A stretch of 64,000 nt of DNA from Thiobacillaceae bacterium (GTDB lineage Bacteria; Pseudomonadota; Gammaproteobacteria; Burkholderiales; Thiobacillaceae), in NCBI GenBank assembly GCA_025458005.1, contig JALOTG010000001.1:10521-74520 (forward strand), in the 5' to 3' direction. Below the pieces are notes generated by a model. It saw only the letters and a list, made by a program, of their open reading frames with translations, was not told the origin of the DNA and searched no databases. A program made the translations under genes and the position numbers. This document shows, piece after piece, positions 40,419-50,229 of the stretch (positions within the stretch are counted from its first letter, which is position 1; each line of letters begins with the position of its first letter).

Positions 40419-40460
40419 CTAAGAGAAAGGCACGTCTTCCGACGCGCCTCAAGAACCCTG

Positions 40461-40536
<76 letters not shown>

Positions 40537-40551
40537 ACAAGAGAGACGCGG

Positions 40552-40580
40552 ATGATACTGAGGCACGTCCTCGTTGTAAA
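40552..40580 (-). promoter_or_regulatory. Putative sigma-70 promoter of the tRNA operon
   Basis: The minus strand reads TTTACA, a 17-nt spacer, TATCAT, then a GC-rich discriminator (CCGCGTC), about 15 nt upstream of tRNA-Ala. Confidence 0.4.
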
Positions 40581-40704
40581 GAGGGGTTCACGCTCTTGGG
40601 CCAGATCGTTCGCGGGGCCGCGGCCGCTTGCCATTCTCCCCTCCTCAAGTAAACTGGAGCCGGTGCCGATACACGGCTCACCAGAATAACCGGGCATTCC
40701 GAGC

Positions 40705-41400
40705 GTGCGTTCCTCCCTGTCCCTACTCCTCCTCGCCGCGGCGGCGTTCCTGAGCGGTTGCGCCAGCAACGGCGACCCGCGCGATCCCCTTGAGCCGATG
40801 AACCGCGGCATCCATGCCTTCAACGAAAAAGTCGACCAGTACGCGATGAAGCCGCTCGCCCAGGGCTACCGGGCCATCGCGCCACAATTCGTGGAAACGG
40901 GGGTACGTAACTTCTTCTCCAACCTGGACGACGTGACGGTGATGGCCAATAACCTGCTGCAGTTCAAGATCGCGCAGGGGACGAGCGATTTCATGCGCCT
41001 GGCGGTGAACTCCACCCTGGGCTTCGCCGGCCTGCTGGACATCGCCTCGGAGATGGGGCTGAGAAAGCACAACGAGGACTTCGGCCAGACGCTGGGGCAC
41101 TGGGGCCTGGGCTCGGGTCCCTATCTCGTTCTTCCCCTCCTGGGCCCGAGCAGCTTCCGCGACACGGCCGGCCTGGTCGTCGACAACTATTACGCTGAAC
41201 CGGTGCGCTGGATCAACGACAGCGGCACGCGCGACCGCACCCGCGCCTTGCGCGTGGTGAGCCGTCGCGCCGACCTGCTGGACGCTAAGGAGGCCGTGGA
41301 CGCCGCGGCCCTGGACAACTACGAGTTCACCCGCGACTTCACTCTGGAACGGCGCCGCGCGCTGGTCTACGACGGCCGACCGCCCCAGCTGGAAGAATGA
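40705..41400 (+). CDS. mlaA: Outer-membrane lipoprotein MlaA (VacJ family)
   Basis: A lipobox (FLSGCAS) followed by DPLEPMNRGIHAFNEKVDQYAMKPLAQGY...NLLQ...STLGFAGLLD. Confidence 0.85.
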   Translation: MRSSLSLLLLAAAAFLSGCASNGDPRDPLEPMNRGIHAFNEKVDQYAMKPLAQGYRAIAPQFVETGVRNFFSNLDDVTVMANNLLQFKIAQGTSDFMRLAVNSTLGFAGLLDIASEMGLRKHNEDFGQTLGHWGLGSGPYLVLPLLGPSSFRDTAGLVVDNYYAEPVRWINDSGTRDRTRALRVVSRRADLLDAKEAVDAAALDNYEFTRDFTLERRRALVYDGRPPQLEE

Positions 41401-41957
41401 ACAAGGCCTTCGTTCGCGAAGATGCCCCTGAAATCGAGGACGACGAGGAGGAAGGCGGCAGCCCCCTTCCCGCGGGCAGCGGCAACTACATGACGCCCGC
41501 CGGCCATGCCCGCATGACGGCCGAGCTCGCCCACCTGGTCAAGGTGGAGCGACCCGAGGTGGTCAATGTCGTGGCCTGGGCCGCCGGCAACGGCGACCGC
41601 TCGGAGAACGGCGATTACATTTACGGCAAGAAGCGCCTGCGCGAGATCGACCGGCGCATCCGTTTCCTCAGCAAGCGCATCGAGGCCGCCGTGGTGGTGG
41701 ATCCCGAGCGGCGGGAATCCACCGACCAGGTGTTCTTCGGGGCCACCGTCACGGTCCTGGACGAATCCGGCGCAGAGGCGACCTATAGCATCGTCGGCAT
41801 CGACGAGGCGGATCCCTCTCGCGGCCGCGTCTCCTGGATCTCGCCCCTGGCCCGCGCCCTGCTCAAGGCGCGCGAGGGCGACACGGTGCGTTGCCAGATA
41901 CCCGGCGGCGTGCGCGAGCTGGAGATCGTCGCGGTGGCCTACCGGGCCCTGGACTGA
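41397..41957 (+). CDS. greB: Transcription elongation factor GreB
   Basis: GDRSENGDYIYGKKRLREIDRRIRFL... and ISWISPLARALLKAREGD. The start overlaps the mlaA stop. Confidence 0.85.
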   Translation: MNKAFVREDAPEIEDDEEEGGSPLPAGSGNYMTPAGHARMTAELAHLVKVERPEVVNVVAWAAGNGDRSENGDYIYGKKRLREIDRRIRFLSKRIEAAVVVDPERRESTDQVFFGATVTVLDESGAEATYSIVGIDEADPSRGRVSWISPLARALLKAREGDTVRCQIPGGVRELEIVAVAYRALD

Positions 41958-42059
41958 TCCGGCGCCCGCCCCCCAAGGGATTCTTCCACGCCCGATATGG
42001 CGACTCGGGGGGGATGCCGCTATGATTGGTACAAATCCACCAAGAATGGGACCAAGGAC

Positions 42060-42701
42060 ATGGAGACCATGAAGCCCGTGCGCGTGCTGATCCTCGACGA
42101 TCACCCCCTCCTGAGGCTGGGCCTCAAGCGCGCACTGGAGGGCGAGGAGGGCTTCGAGGTGGTGGTCGACTGCGCCGACCTGGGCGCGTTGCGCGGCTGG
42201 CTCCAGGACGGCGGCCAGGCCAACGTGGCCATCGTCGACCGCTCCCTCCCGGACGGGGACGGCCTGGACATCGTGCCCGAGCTCAAGGCAAGGGGCATGA
42301 AGGTGATCATCCTCACCGTGGAGGACGACGACGCGGAGATCCGCGCCGCCATCGACACCGGCGTGGACGGCTATCTGCTCAAGTCGTCGGACTCGGATCA
42401 GATCATGCACGCCATCGGCATCGTCATGCAGGACGCCGGCGCCTTCCCGCCCCACGTGCTGCAGAAGATCTCGCGCGGCGACAGCAGCGACCCCCTGGCC
42501 AAGCTGTCCCAGCGCGAGATGGAGATCGCCGAGCTGGTGGCTCAGGGCTACAGCAACAAGGTCATCGGCGGCAAGCTGAACCTGTCGGACAACACCGTGC
42601 GCAACCACCTGGCCAACATCATGCAGAAGCTCGGCTTCCACAACCGGGTGCAGGTGGCCACCCTGGTGCTGCAGCACCTCAAGCGGCACAAGCGCATCTG
42701 A
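42060..42701 (+). CDS. NarL/FixJ (LuxR-type HTH) response regulator, with no cognate kinase adjacent
   Basis: The receiver domain (RVLILDDHPLLRLGL...IVDRSLPDGDG...) is followed by LSQREMEIAELVAQGYSNKVIGGKLNLSDNTVRNHLANIMQKLG. Confidence 0.8.
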   Translation: METMKPVRVLILDDHPLLRLGLKRALEGEEGFEVVVDCADLGALRGWLQDGGQANVAIVDRSLPDGDGLDIVPELKARGMKVIILTVEDDDAEIRAAIDTGVDGYLLKSSDSDQIMHAIGIVMQDAGAFPPHVLQKISRGDSSDPLAKLSQREMEIAELVAQGYSNKVIGGKLNLSDNTVRNHLANIMQKLGFHNRVQVATLVLQHLKRHKRI

Positions 42702-42737
42702 CCGCCGCCGCCGCCAGGCGGTCGCGGCCCACCCGCC

Positions 42738-45700
42738 TCAGGCCTTCGACAGGCCCCGGCCGCGCCAGAGCAGGTAGGCCACGGGGATGACGAACATCGA
42801 CAGCAGCGGCGCGGTCACCATCCCCCCGACCATGGGCGCGGCAATGCGCTGCATGACCTCCGCGCCGGTGCCGCCGCCCAGCATGATGGGCAGCAGGCCG
42901 GCGAGGATGGTCAGCACGGTCATCGCCTTGGGCCGCACGCGCAGGGCGGCGCCCTCGATGATGGCCGCGAGCAGGTCGGCCCGGCTGCGCAGCCGTCCCT
43001 CCGCCTGCCACCTGGCCACCGACTGGTTCAGGTAGATCATCATCACCACCCCGAATTCCGCCGCCACGCCGGCCAGGGCGATGAAGCCCACCGCCACCGC
43101 CACGGACATGTTGAAGTCCAGCAGGTAGAGCAGCCAGTAGCCGCCGATCAGGGCGAAGGGCAGGGTGGCCATGATCAGCAGGGGCTGCCAGAGGTCGCGG
43201 AAGGTGAGGTAGAGCAGCACGAAGATGATGGCCAGGGTCAGCGGCACCACCAGCTTGAGGCGGGCCTGGGCGCGTTCCAGGTATTCGTACTGGCCCGACC
43301 AGGCGATGGAGTAGCCGGGCGGCAGGTCGATGCCTTGCGCCACCGCCTGCTGCGCCTTTTTCACGTAGCTGGCCAGGTCCTTGTCCTTGATGTCGACGAA
43401 GATCCAGCCGTTCGGACGGGCGTTCTCGCTGCGCAGCATGGGCGGGCCGTCGGCGATCTCCAGCCGGGCCACCGCCGCCAGCGGCACCGTCGCCCCGTCC
43501 ATGGTGATGAGCGGCAACTGGCCGAGGTCCGCGACGCTGTCGCGCAACTCGCGCGGGAAGCGGATCTGCACCGGGTAGCGCTCCAGGCCCTCCACCGTCT
43601 CGGTCACCGTCTCGCCGCCCACCGCCATGCCGATCAGGTCCTGCACGTCGGCGATGTTGAGCCCGTAGCGTGCCGCCGCCTCGCGGTCGATATCGACATT
43701 GAGATAGCGGCCGGTGGCTACCCGCTCGAAATAGGCGCTGGCGGTGCCGGGCACCGTCTTGAGCAGGGCCTCGACGTCCGCGCCCAGGCGCTCGATCTCG
43801 GTCAGGTCGGGGCCGGCGATCTTCACGCCGACCGGGCTGCGGATGCCAGTGGCGAGCATGTCGATGCGCGTGCGGATGGGCTGGATCCAGAGGTTGGACA
43901 GGCTGGGGATCCGCACCGCCCGGTCCAGTTCGGCGATGATCCCGTCCAGGGTCATGCCCGGCCGCCACTCGGAGGGGTCCTTGAGCTGGATGGTGGTCTC
44001 GATCATGGTCATCGGCGCCGGGTCGGTGGCGGTCTCGGCGCGGCCGATCTTGCCGAACACGCTCTTCACCTCCGGCACCGTCTTGATCATGCGGTCGGAG
44101 AGCTGCAGGATCTCCGCCGCCTTGGCCGCCGAAAGGCCGGGCATGGCGGTGGGCATGTAGAGGAGATCGCCCTCGTCCAGCGGCGGGATGAACTCGCTGC
44201 CAATGCGGCTGACCGGATACCAGGTGAGCGCCAGGCCCACCGCGGCCAGCAGCAGCAGCTTCCCGGGGTGGGCCAGGGCCAGGCGAATGAAGGGCAGGTA
44301 GAGGTGGATCAGCAGCCGGTTGAGGGGGTTCTTCGCCTCGGGGGGGATGCGGCCGCGGATGAAATAGCCCATCAGCACCGGCACCAGGGTCACCGCCAGA
44401 CCGGCCGCCGCCGCCATGGCGTAGGTCTTGGTGTAGGCCAGGGGGGCGAACAGGCGGCCCTCCTGGGCCTCCAGTGTGAACACCGGCAGGAAGCTGACGG
44501 TGATGATGAGCAGGCTGAAGAACAGGGCCGGGCCCACTTCGGCCGCCGCCGCGCCGGACAGGCGGAAGTATTCCGCGCCGTCCGGTTCCCGGCCGGGGTT
44601 GCGCTCGCGCCAGTGTTCCAGGTGCTTGTGGGCGTTCTCGATCATGACGATGGCCGCGTCCACCATGGCGCCGATGGCGATGGCGATGCCGCCCAGGGAC
44701 ATGATGTTGGCGTTGATGCCCTGCTGGTGCATGACGATGAAGGCCACCAGCACGCCAATGGGGAGGGAGACGATGGCGACGAAGGAGGAGCGCAGGTGGA
44801 ACAGGAAGGCGACGCAGATCAGGGCGACGACGATGAATTCCTCCACCAGCTTCTGGGCGAGGGTGTCCACCGAGCGCTGGATCAGCCCGGAGCGGTCGTA
44901 GGTGGGCACGATTTCAACGCCCTTCGGCAGCCCCTGCTTCAGCTCTTCCAGCTTGGCCTTCACCGCGGCGATGGTCTCCATGGCGTTGGCGCCGTGGCGC
45001 ATGACGATGATGCCGCCGACCACCTCGCCCTCGCCGTCCAGCTCGGCGATGCCGGTCCGGAGCTGGGGGCCGATCCGCACCCGGGCGACGTCGCGCACGA
45101 AGATGGGCGTGCCTGCCTCGCCCAGCCCCACCGGGATGCGCTCGATATCCTCGATGGAGCGCAGATAGCCGGTGGCGCGCACCATGTACTCCGCCTCGGC
45201 CATCTCCAGGACCGATCCGCCGGTCTCCCGGTTGGCCCGCTGCACGGCGGTCATCACCCGGTCCAGGCCGATGCCATGGGCGCGCAGGCGTGCCGGGTCG
45301 ACCAGGATCTGGTACTGCTTGACCATGCCGCCCACCGTCGCCACCTCCGCCACGTTGGGCAGGGCCTGCAGCTCGTACTTGAGGAACCAGTCCTGCAGGG
45401 CGCGCAACTGGGAAAGGTCATGCCGGCCACCGCGGTCCACCAGGGCGTACTCGTAGATCCAGCCCACGCCGGTGGCGTCCGGCCCGATGGCCGGCCGGAC
45501 CCCCTCGGGCAGGCGCTCGGCGGCGCTGTTGAGGTACTCCAGCACGCGCGAGCGCGCCCAGTACAGGTCGGTGCCGTCCTCGAACAGGACATAGATGAAC
45601 GAGTCGCCGAACATGGAATAGCCGCGCACCGCCTTGGCGCCGGGCACCGACATCATGGTGGTGGCAAGCGGGTAGGTGACCTGGTCCTCCACCACGCGGG

Positions 45701-45872
45701 GCGCCTGGCCCTCGAACGGGGTGCGGATGATGACCTGCACGTCGGACAGGTCGGGGATGGCGTCCACCGGCGTGCGCAGCACGGACACCACGCCCCAGGC
45801 GGTGGCCAGGAGGGTGGCGATCAGCACTAGGACACGGTTGGCGATGGACCAGTGGATGAGCCTGGCGACCAT
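42738..45872 (-). CDS. cusA: Heavy-metal efflux RND pump (CusA/CzcA family)
   Basis: 1044 aa with HME-RND conservation throughout (MVARLIHWSIANRVLVLIATLL..., 12 transmembrane helices). Confidence 0.9.
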   Translation of the reverse strand: MVARLIHWSIANRVLVLIATLLATAWGVVSVLRTPVDAIPDLSDVQVIIRTPFEGQAPRVVEDQVTYPLATTMMSVPGAKAVRGYSMFGDSFIYVLFEDGTDLYWARSRVLEYLNSAAERLPEGVRPAIGPDATGVGWIYEYALVDRGGRHDLSQLRALQDWFLKYELQALPNVAEVATVGGMVKQYQILVDPARLRAHGIGLDRVMTAVQRANRETGGSVLEMAEAEYMVRATGYLRSIEDIERIPVGLGEAGTPIFVRDVARVRIGPQLRTGIAELDGEGEVVGGIIVMRHGANAMETIAAVKAKLEELKQGLPKGVEIVPTYDRSGLIQRSVDTLAQKLVEEFIVVALICVAFLFHLRSSFVAIVSLPIGVLVAFIVMHQQGINANIMSLGGIAIAIGAMVDAAIVMIENAHKHLEHWRERNPGREPDGAEYFRLSGAAAAEVGPALFFSLLIITVSFLPVFTLEAQEGRLFAPLAYTKTYAMAAAAGLAVTLVPVLMGYFIRGRIPPEAKNPLNRLLIHLYLPFIRLALAHPGKLLLLAAVGLALTWYPVSRIGSEFIPPLDEGDLLYMPTAMPGLSAAKAAEILQLSDRMIKTVPEVKSVFGKIGRAETATDPAPMTMIETTIQLKDPSEWRPGMTLDGIIAELDRAVRIPSLSNLWIQPIRTRIDMLATGIRSPVGVKIAGPDLTEIERLGADVEALLKTVPGTASAYFERVATGRYLNVDIDREAAARYGLNIADVQDLIGMAVGGETVTETVEGLERYPVQIRFPRELRDSVADLGQLPLITMDGATVPLAAVARLEIADGPPMLRSENARPNGWIFVDIKDKDLASYVKKAQQAVAQGIDLPPGYSIAWSGQYEYLERAQARLKLVVPLTLAIIFVLLYLTFRDLWQPLLIMATLPFALIGGYWLLYLLDFNMSVAVAVGFIALAGVAAEFGVVMMIYLNQSVARWQAEGRLRSRADLLAAIIEGAALRVRPKAMTVLTILAGLLPIMLGGGTGAEVMQRIAAPMVGGMVTAPLLSMFVIPVAYLLWRGRGLSKA

Positions 45873-45873
45873 G

Positions 45874-47337
45874 TCAGCGCCCCCTCGGCCGGATGGCCGT
45901 CACGACGTAGCCATCGCCTTCCCGGACCAGGTCGAACTCGACCTTCTGGCCCTTCGCGAGGCCCCGGAGCAGGGCCGGGTCCCGGACGTCGAAGGGCATG
46001 GTCATGGCCGGCCACTGGATGGCGGGTATCGGGTCGTGGGCCATCTCCAGTTCGCCCTTGGCGGCGTCCACCGCCGTGATCTCGGCGGTACCCGTCCAGG
46101 TCTCGTCCGGACCCTGGAGCCGGGCCAGGGCGCCCTGCAGGTTGGCCTCCGACTCGATCAGGAACTGGCCGGACACCACCACCCGGTCACCCGCCCGCAG
46201 ACCGGCCAGGATCTGGGTCCGGCCCTCGTTCTCGATGCCGGTGCGCACCGCCACCGGTCGGAACTTGCCTTCTCCCTCGGCGACGATGACCAGGCTGCGC
46301 TTGCCGGTGGCGATGACCGCCTCGCTGGGCACCAGCACCGCCGCGTCGCTGGCGCCGCCATAGAGGGTGACGCTGGCGTACATGCCGGGCTTCAGCACCA
46401 GGCCCGGATTGGCCAGGACGATGCGGACCTGCAGCGTGCGGGCGGTCCGGTTGTATTCCGGGTAGATGTAGTCCACGCGCCCCTCCAGCACCTGGTCCGG
46501 ACGCGAGGCCAGGCGCACCTCGGCGGACTTGCCGGTGTTGATCCAGGCCGCCTGGTCCTCCGGCACCTGGGCGATGACCCAGACCCGGCCCAGGTCGGTG
46601 AGGGTCATCAGGGGCATGCCATCCGAGACGCTCGCGCCTTCCCTTGCCGCGATCTCGCTCACCACGCCGGAGATGGGGGCATGGTAGGCCACCCGGCGCT
46701 GGGATGGGGCACCCCCTTCCAGCCGTGCGACCTGGGACTCGGACAGGCCCAGCAGCAGGAGCTTCTGGCGCGCGGCGGCGATCCAGGCGGGATCGTCCTT
46801 GGCCTTCAGGGCGAGGCGGAACTCCTCCTGGGCGGTGTACAGCGCCGGGCTGTAGACCTCCGCCAGCAGCTGGCCGCGCCGCACCGGGTCGTTCATCGCC
46901 CGCACGTGCAGCCGCTCGATGAAACCCGCCGCGCGCGCCTGCACCACCTCAACGCGATTCTCGTCCTGCATCACCATGCCGACGGTGTCGATGCGCCGCC
47001 ACAGCCTGCCCTGCTCGGCCTCCGCGGTGCGCACGCCCAGATTCTGCAGGGTGCGCGGGTCGATGCTGACCGTGCCTTCCGCCACCTCGTCGGCGTACTT
47101 GGGCACCAGGTCCATGTCCATGAAGGGTGACTTGCCCGGCTTGTCGAAGTGCTGGTCCGGCACCATGGGATCGTACCAGTACAGGACCTTGCGCTCGGCC
47201 GCGCCGGATGGGGCTGGGGCCGTCGCGTGGTGGCCAGCGACCTTGCCACGCGCCAGCCAGTAACCCGCGGCGCCGATGCCGACGCCGATGGCCAGGCCGA
47301 CGACCAGGGCCACGCCAATCTGGGTGCGCTTGTTCAT
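45874..47337 (-). CDS. cusB: Efflux RND periplasmic adaptor (CusB-like) with an N-terminal metal-binding motif and a C-terminal CusF-like domain
   Basis: The N-terminus has YWYDPMVPDQHFDKPGKSPFMDMDLVP. The C-terminal ~70 aa (AEITAVDAAKGELEMAHDPIPAIQWPAMTMPFDV...KVEFDL) resembles the CusF beta-barrel with its M-x-M motif. Confidence 0.85.
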   Translation of the reverse strand: MNKRTQIGVALVVGLAIGVGIGAAGYWLARGKVAGHHATAPAPSGAAERKVLYWYDPMVPDQHFDKPGKSPFMDMDLVPKYADEVAEGTVSIDPRTLQNLGVRTAEAEQGRLWRRIDTVGMVMQDENRVEVVQARAAGFIERLHVRAMNDPVRRGQLLAEVYSPALYTAQEEFRLALKAKDDPAWIAAARQKLLLLGLSESQVARLEGGAPSQRRVAYHAPISGVVSEIAAREGASVSDGMPLMTLTDLGRVWVIAQVPEDQAAWINTGKSAEVRLASRPDQVLEGRVDYIYPEYNRTARTLQVRIVLANPGLVLKPGMYASVTLYGGASDAAVLVPSEAVIATGKRSLVIVAEGEGKFRPVAVRTGIENEGRTQILAGLRAGDRVVVSGQFLIESEANLQGALARLQGPDETWTGTAEITAVDAAKGELEMAHDPIPAIQWPAMTMPFDVRDPALLRGLAKGQKVEFDLVREGDGYVVTAIRPRGR

Positions 47338-47358
47338 GCTCCTCTCCTCCCTCGTGGG

Positions 47359-48696
47359 TTAGCCTTGGCTTGCCGGTTGGGGGGCGGGCGACGACCCCTG
47401 TTCGGCCAGGTAGTAACGCAGCTCCACCGCAGCCCGCGCCCTTGCCACTTCATGTCCGAGCCGCTGCAGACGGGCCTCCAGTTCGGCGCGCCGGGCCTCC
47501 AGCACGGCGGCGAACTCGGTCTTGCCGGTCCGGTAGGCCGCAAGCGCGCTGTCCACCCGGCGCTGGGCAAGGGGGATAAGGGTGGCGTCGAAGTGCGCGA
47601 CGCGGCGGTCGGCGGCCTGCCAGTCGGCCAGGGCGGCGCCGAGTCGCGCCGCGAGCTGGCGGCGGCGGTCCTCCAGCTCGCTCTCGGCCCCTTCCGCCGC
47701 CGCCAGACGGGCGGCCACGCGCCGGTCCTGGCGTTGCTTGGGAAAGATGGGCAGCTCGACCCCCACCTGTACCGAGAACATGTCGGTGCGTCCGCCACCG
47801 CGCAGGCCGTAGCCCATGTCCACGCTCCAGTCCGGCTTGTAGGATTCCCTTGCCAGGTCCGTTTCGGCGCGGGCCAGGGCGACCGCCTGGGCGAGGGTAT
47901 CCAGTTCCGGGTGGCTGCGCAGGGCCGCCTCCCGGCTGGCCGGGTCCATGGCCGGGGCGGCGGGCAACGGACCGCCCGCCGGTGGACGCGCGGCCGCCTC
48001 GCCCACCCAGCGCGCCAGCTGCAGCCGCGCGCGCGCCTCGTCGCGTTGCAGCTCCGCCTGCTGGTCGATGACGTACTCCCGCGTCAACCGCGCGGCCAGC
48101 GCGTCGGCCTGGCTGAGACCCCCGCTTGCCAGGGCGACGCTGGCCCACTCCACCTGACGGGAGATCTCCTGCTCGATGCGCCCGAGCAATTCCAGGGCCT
48201 GGCGCGGGTAATACAGGTCCAGCCAGGCCAGCGACACCTCGCGGGTGATCTGCAGGCGCGCCTCCGCCAGTTCCGACCGCATCCTGTCCGCCTCCACGCT
48301 CGTGCGCCGGCTGGCCAGCCGGCGCTTGTCCCCGCCGGGCACCATCTGGCTGACACCGACCATGAACTGGGTCATGTCCTCCTGGGTGAAGGAGAAGGTG
48401 TCCACCGGCAGGTTGGTTAGGCCCAGGGTCAGGCGGGGGTCCGGCAGTTCTCCCTCGGCCCTGGCCTCCTCCTCCAGGCCGCGCAGGCGCGCCGCGAGGC
48501 GCGCGATCTGCGGCTGGGCCTCCAGGGCAAGGCCTAGGGCCTCGTCCAGGTCGAGGGGAGCGTCGTTCGCTGTCATGGCGGCTGCAGGTCGCGCGGCCAG
48601 GGAGAGGGCCTGGGACAGGGTGAGACCCTGGCCCTGGGCCAGGGATGGCAGGGGCGGCATGAGAGCCGCCGCCAGCAGGACATGGGCAAGTCGCAT
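47359..48696 (-). CDS. cusC: TolC-family outer-membrane efflux protein (CusC/CzcC-like)
   Basis: 445 aa with a signal peptide and a two-repeat OEP architecture. It is the first large gene of the RND operon. Confidence 0.8.
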   Translation of the reverse strand: MRLAHVLLAAALMPPLPSLAQGQGLTLSQALSLAARPAAAMTANDAPLDLDEALGLALEAQPQIARLAARLRGLEEEARAEGELPDPRLTLGLTNLPVDTFSFTQEDMTQFMVGVSQMVPGGDKRRLASRRTSVEADRMRSELAEARLQITREVSLAWLDLYYPRQALELLGRIEQEISRQVEWASVALASGGLSQADALAARLTREYVIDQQAELQRDEARARLQLARWVGEAAARPPAGGPLPAAPAMDPASREAALRSHPELDTLAQAVALARAETDLARESYKPDWSVDMGYGLRGGGRTDMFSVQVGVELPIFPKQRQDRRVAARLAAAEGAESELEDRRRQLAARLGAALADWQAADRRVAHFDATLIPLAQRRVDSALAAYRTGKTEFAAVLEARRAELEARLQRLGHEVARARAAVELRYYLAEQGSSPAPQPASQG

Positions 48697-48781
48697 GATG
48701 ACCTCGTGAACCTAGCGGCGCGGCGTGCCTGCCGCGCGGATCACCACCGTCGGTGGGACGGCGGCGCGTTCATGTGCGGGT

Positions 48782-49141
48782 TCAGGAGATCGGGACGAGG
48801 GGGGGTCGACCGGGCTGCTCCGGGATATGGGAGCGGTAGAAGGAATTGTGGAAGGGCAGATCGTCGCCCCCCAGCACGGGACAACAGACCGGCGCCGGGC
48901 AGATGGGGGCGGCCGTGCTGGCCATGTGGCATAGCACGCAGCCATCGCAGTCTGAATGACCCGCCTGTTGGCCCGTCTCCGCCTCGTTCGCCTGGTCCGA
49001 AAGTACGCCATGGCAGGGCATGGCCTCCGCCGGCTGGATAGGCTCATGCTGGCAGAAGGGCATGAGGGGCGCGGCAAAGCCCTGCAGCGGTAGCCACAGC
49101 GCAATGAACAGCACGACAACGCGGATCAGGCGATCGGACAT
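48782..49141 (-). CDS. Small secreted Cys/His-rich protein (DUF2946-like?) heading the cus operon
   Basis: 119 aa with a signal peptide (VVVLFIALWLPLQGFAAP), then about 9 Cys and 6 His (PFCQHE, MPCHG, HSDCDGCVLCHM, ICPAPVCCP). No confident family assignment. Confidence 0.55.
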   Translation of the reverse strand: MSDRLIRVVVLFIALWLPLQGFAAPLMPFCQHEPIQPAEAMPCHGVLSDQANEAETGQQAGHSDCDGCVLCHMASTAAPICPAPVCCPVLGGDDLPFHNSFYRSHIPEQPGRPPLVPIS

Positions 49142-49293
49142 GGGCTCATTCTAGGCAATTCAATCTCTCTGACAAGCAGGCGCGGGATGCGTTCGTCCAT
49201 CAGGTCAAGGCAGGCCTGGACGAGTAGAATCCCGATATCCACGCAGCGAGGCTACTCTCGCCCTTACCGCCCCATGTTCGCGACACTCGACCC

Positions 49294-49827
49294 ATGCTGA
49301 AGTCCATATCCCTCCTGCTCATCCTCGCCGGCCTGCTGATGGGGCCGGGCTACTGGATCTATGTCGTCTATTTCACCGGCAGGACGGCGCAGACCCTTAC
49401 CCTGACCCCCGACGGACAGGGAGGCTGGACCTCGGCGGCCTTTCGCCTGTCACCCGACATGGGCGCCGTGGGACTGATCCTCACGGCCAGCGGCGGCTTC
49501 TCCCCCAACATGGAGGAGAACAGGCCGCCCAGGGACCGCTATCAGGCTACCCTCTACCACGGCGATCAGGCCGCGTCGCCGATTTGGCTGGACTTCTCCG
49601 CCGGCTCGGTCGCCAACTCCAATCCCCAGTTCCGGGAACGCCTGGTGCTGATGAGCAACCCCCAGGATATGAGCTACCGCCTGGAACTCAATCCGGCCGC
49701 GCCACCGCAGATCACGCTCGACAGGGTCGAGCTCCAGCTGCGGGTCGATGTCCGGCAGACCGACAATCGCGTCGTCGCGGCCGGCATCATCCTGATCGCC
49801 GTGGGTGTCCTGGCCCTGCTGATGTAA
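49294..49827 (+). CDS. Hypothetical bitopic membrane protein (transmembrane helices at both ends, periplasmic middle)
   Basis: 177 aa. Hydrophobic N-terminal (SISLLLILAGLLMGPGYWIYVVYF) and C-terminal (VVAAGIILIAVGVLALLM) segments. No recognisable motif. Confidence 0.5.
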   Translation: MLKSISLLLILAGLLMGPGYWIYVVYFTGRTAQTLTLTPDGQGGWTSAAFRLSPDMGAVGLILTASGGFSPNMEENRPPRDRYQATLYHGDQAASPIWLDFSAGSVANSNPQFRERLVLMSNPQDMSYRLELNPAAPPQITLDRVELQLRVDVRQTDNRVVAAGIILIAVGVLALLM

Positions 49828-49847
49828 CGACGACGGGGAAGCAGAAC

Positions 49848-50225
49848 ATGAGCGAACGCAAGACCCTGCTGGCCGTCGTCGAATTCCTCGCCCACAGCGG
49901 GCTGCGCTCCCTCTATGCGCGCCTCGGCTATGAGGTGTCCTGCGAGTTCACGGTGCGCAAGGCCATCGCACGGGTGCGCAAGTCGCCGCCTGGGGTGATC
50001 GCTGCGGACTTCTACTTCCAGCCGGATTTCCGCGATCGGGTCAGCAACCTGGAATCGCTGCTGGCATCGGTCCAGTCCCAGAATGATGTGAAGGTGCTGG
50101 TCTTCTACGACCCGGCCCACCAGGCCGCCCTGGACAAGGTGCGGCAGCGCTTCCGGATCGACGCCGCCTTGCCCACGCCGGTGAAGGAAGCGGACCTGGA
50201 GGCCGTCCTCAAGGCCTGGCTGTAA
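49848..50225 (+). CDS. Hypothetical receiver-like (pseudo-receiver?) protein
   Basis: 125 aa with a flavodoxin/CheY-like alternating pattern (LLAVVEF..., VIAADFYF, VLVFYD) but without the canonical DD pair or the conserved Lys. The start is the in-frame ATG 20 nt after the preceding gene. Confidence 0.45.
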   Translation: MSERKTLLAVVEFLAHSGLRSLYARLGYEVSCEFTVRKAIARVRKSPPGVIAADFYFQPDFRDRVSNLESLLASVQSQNDVKVLVFYDPAHQAALDKVRQRFRIDAALPTPVKEADLEAVLKAWL

Positions 50226-50229
50226 GCGT

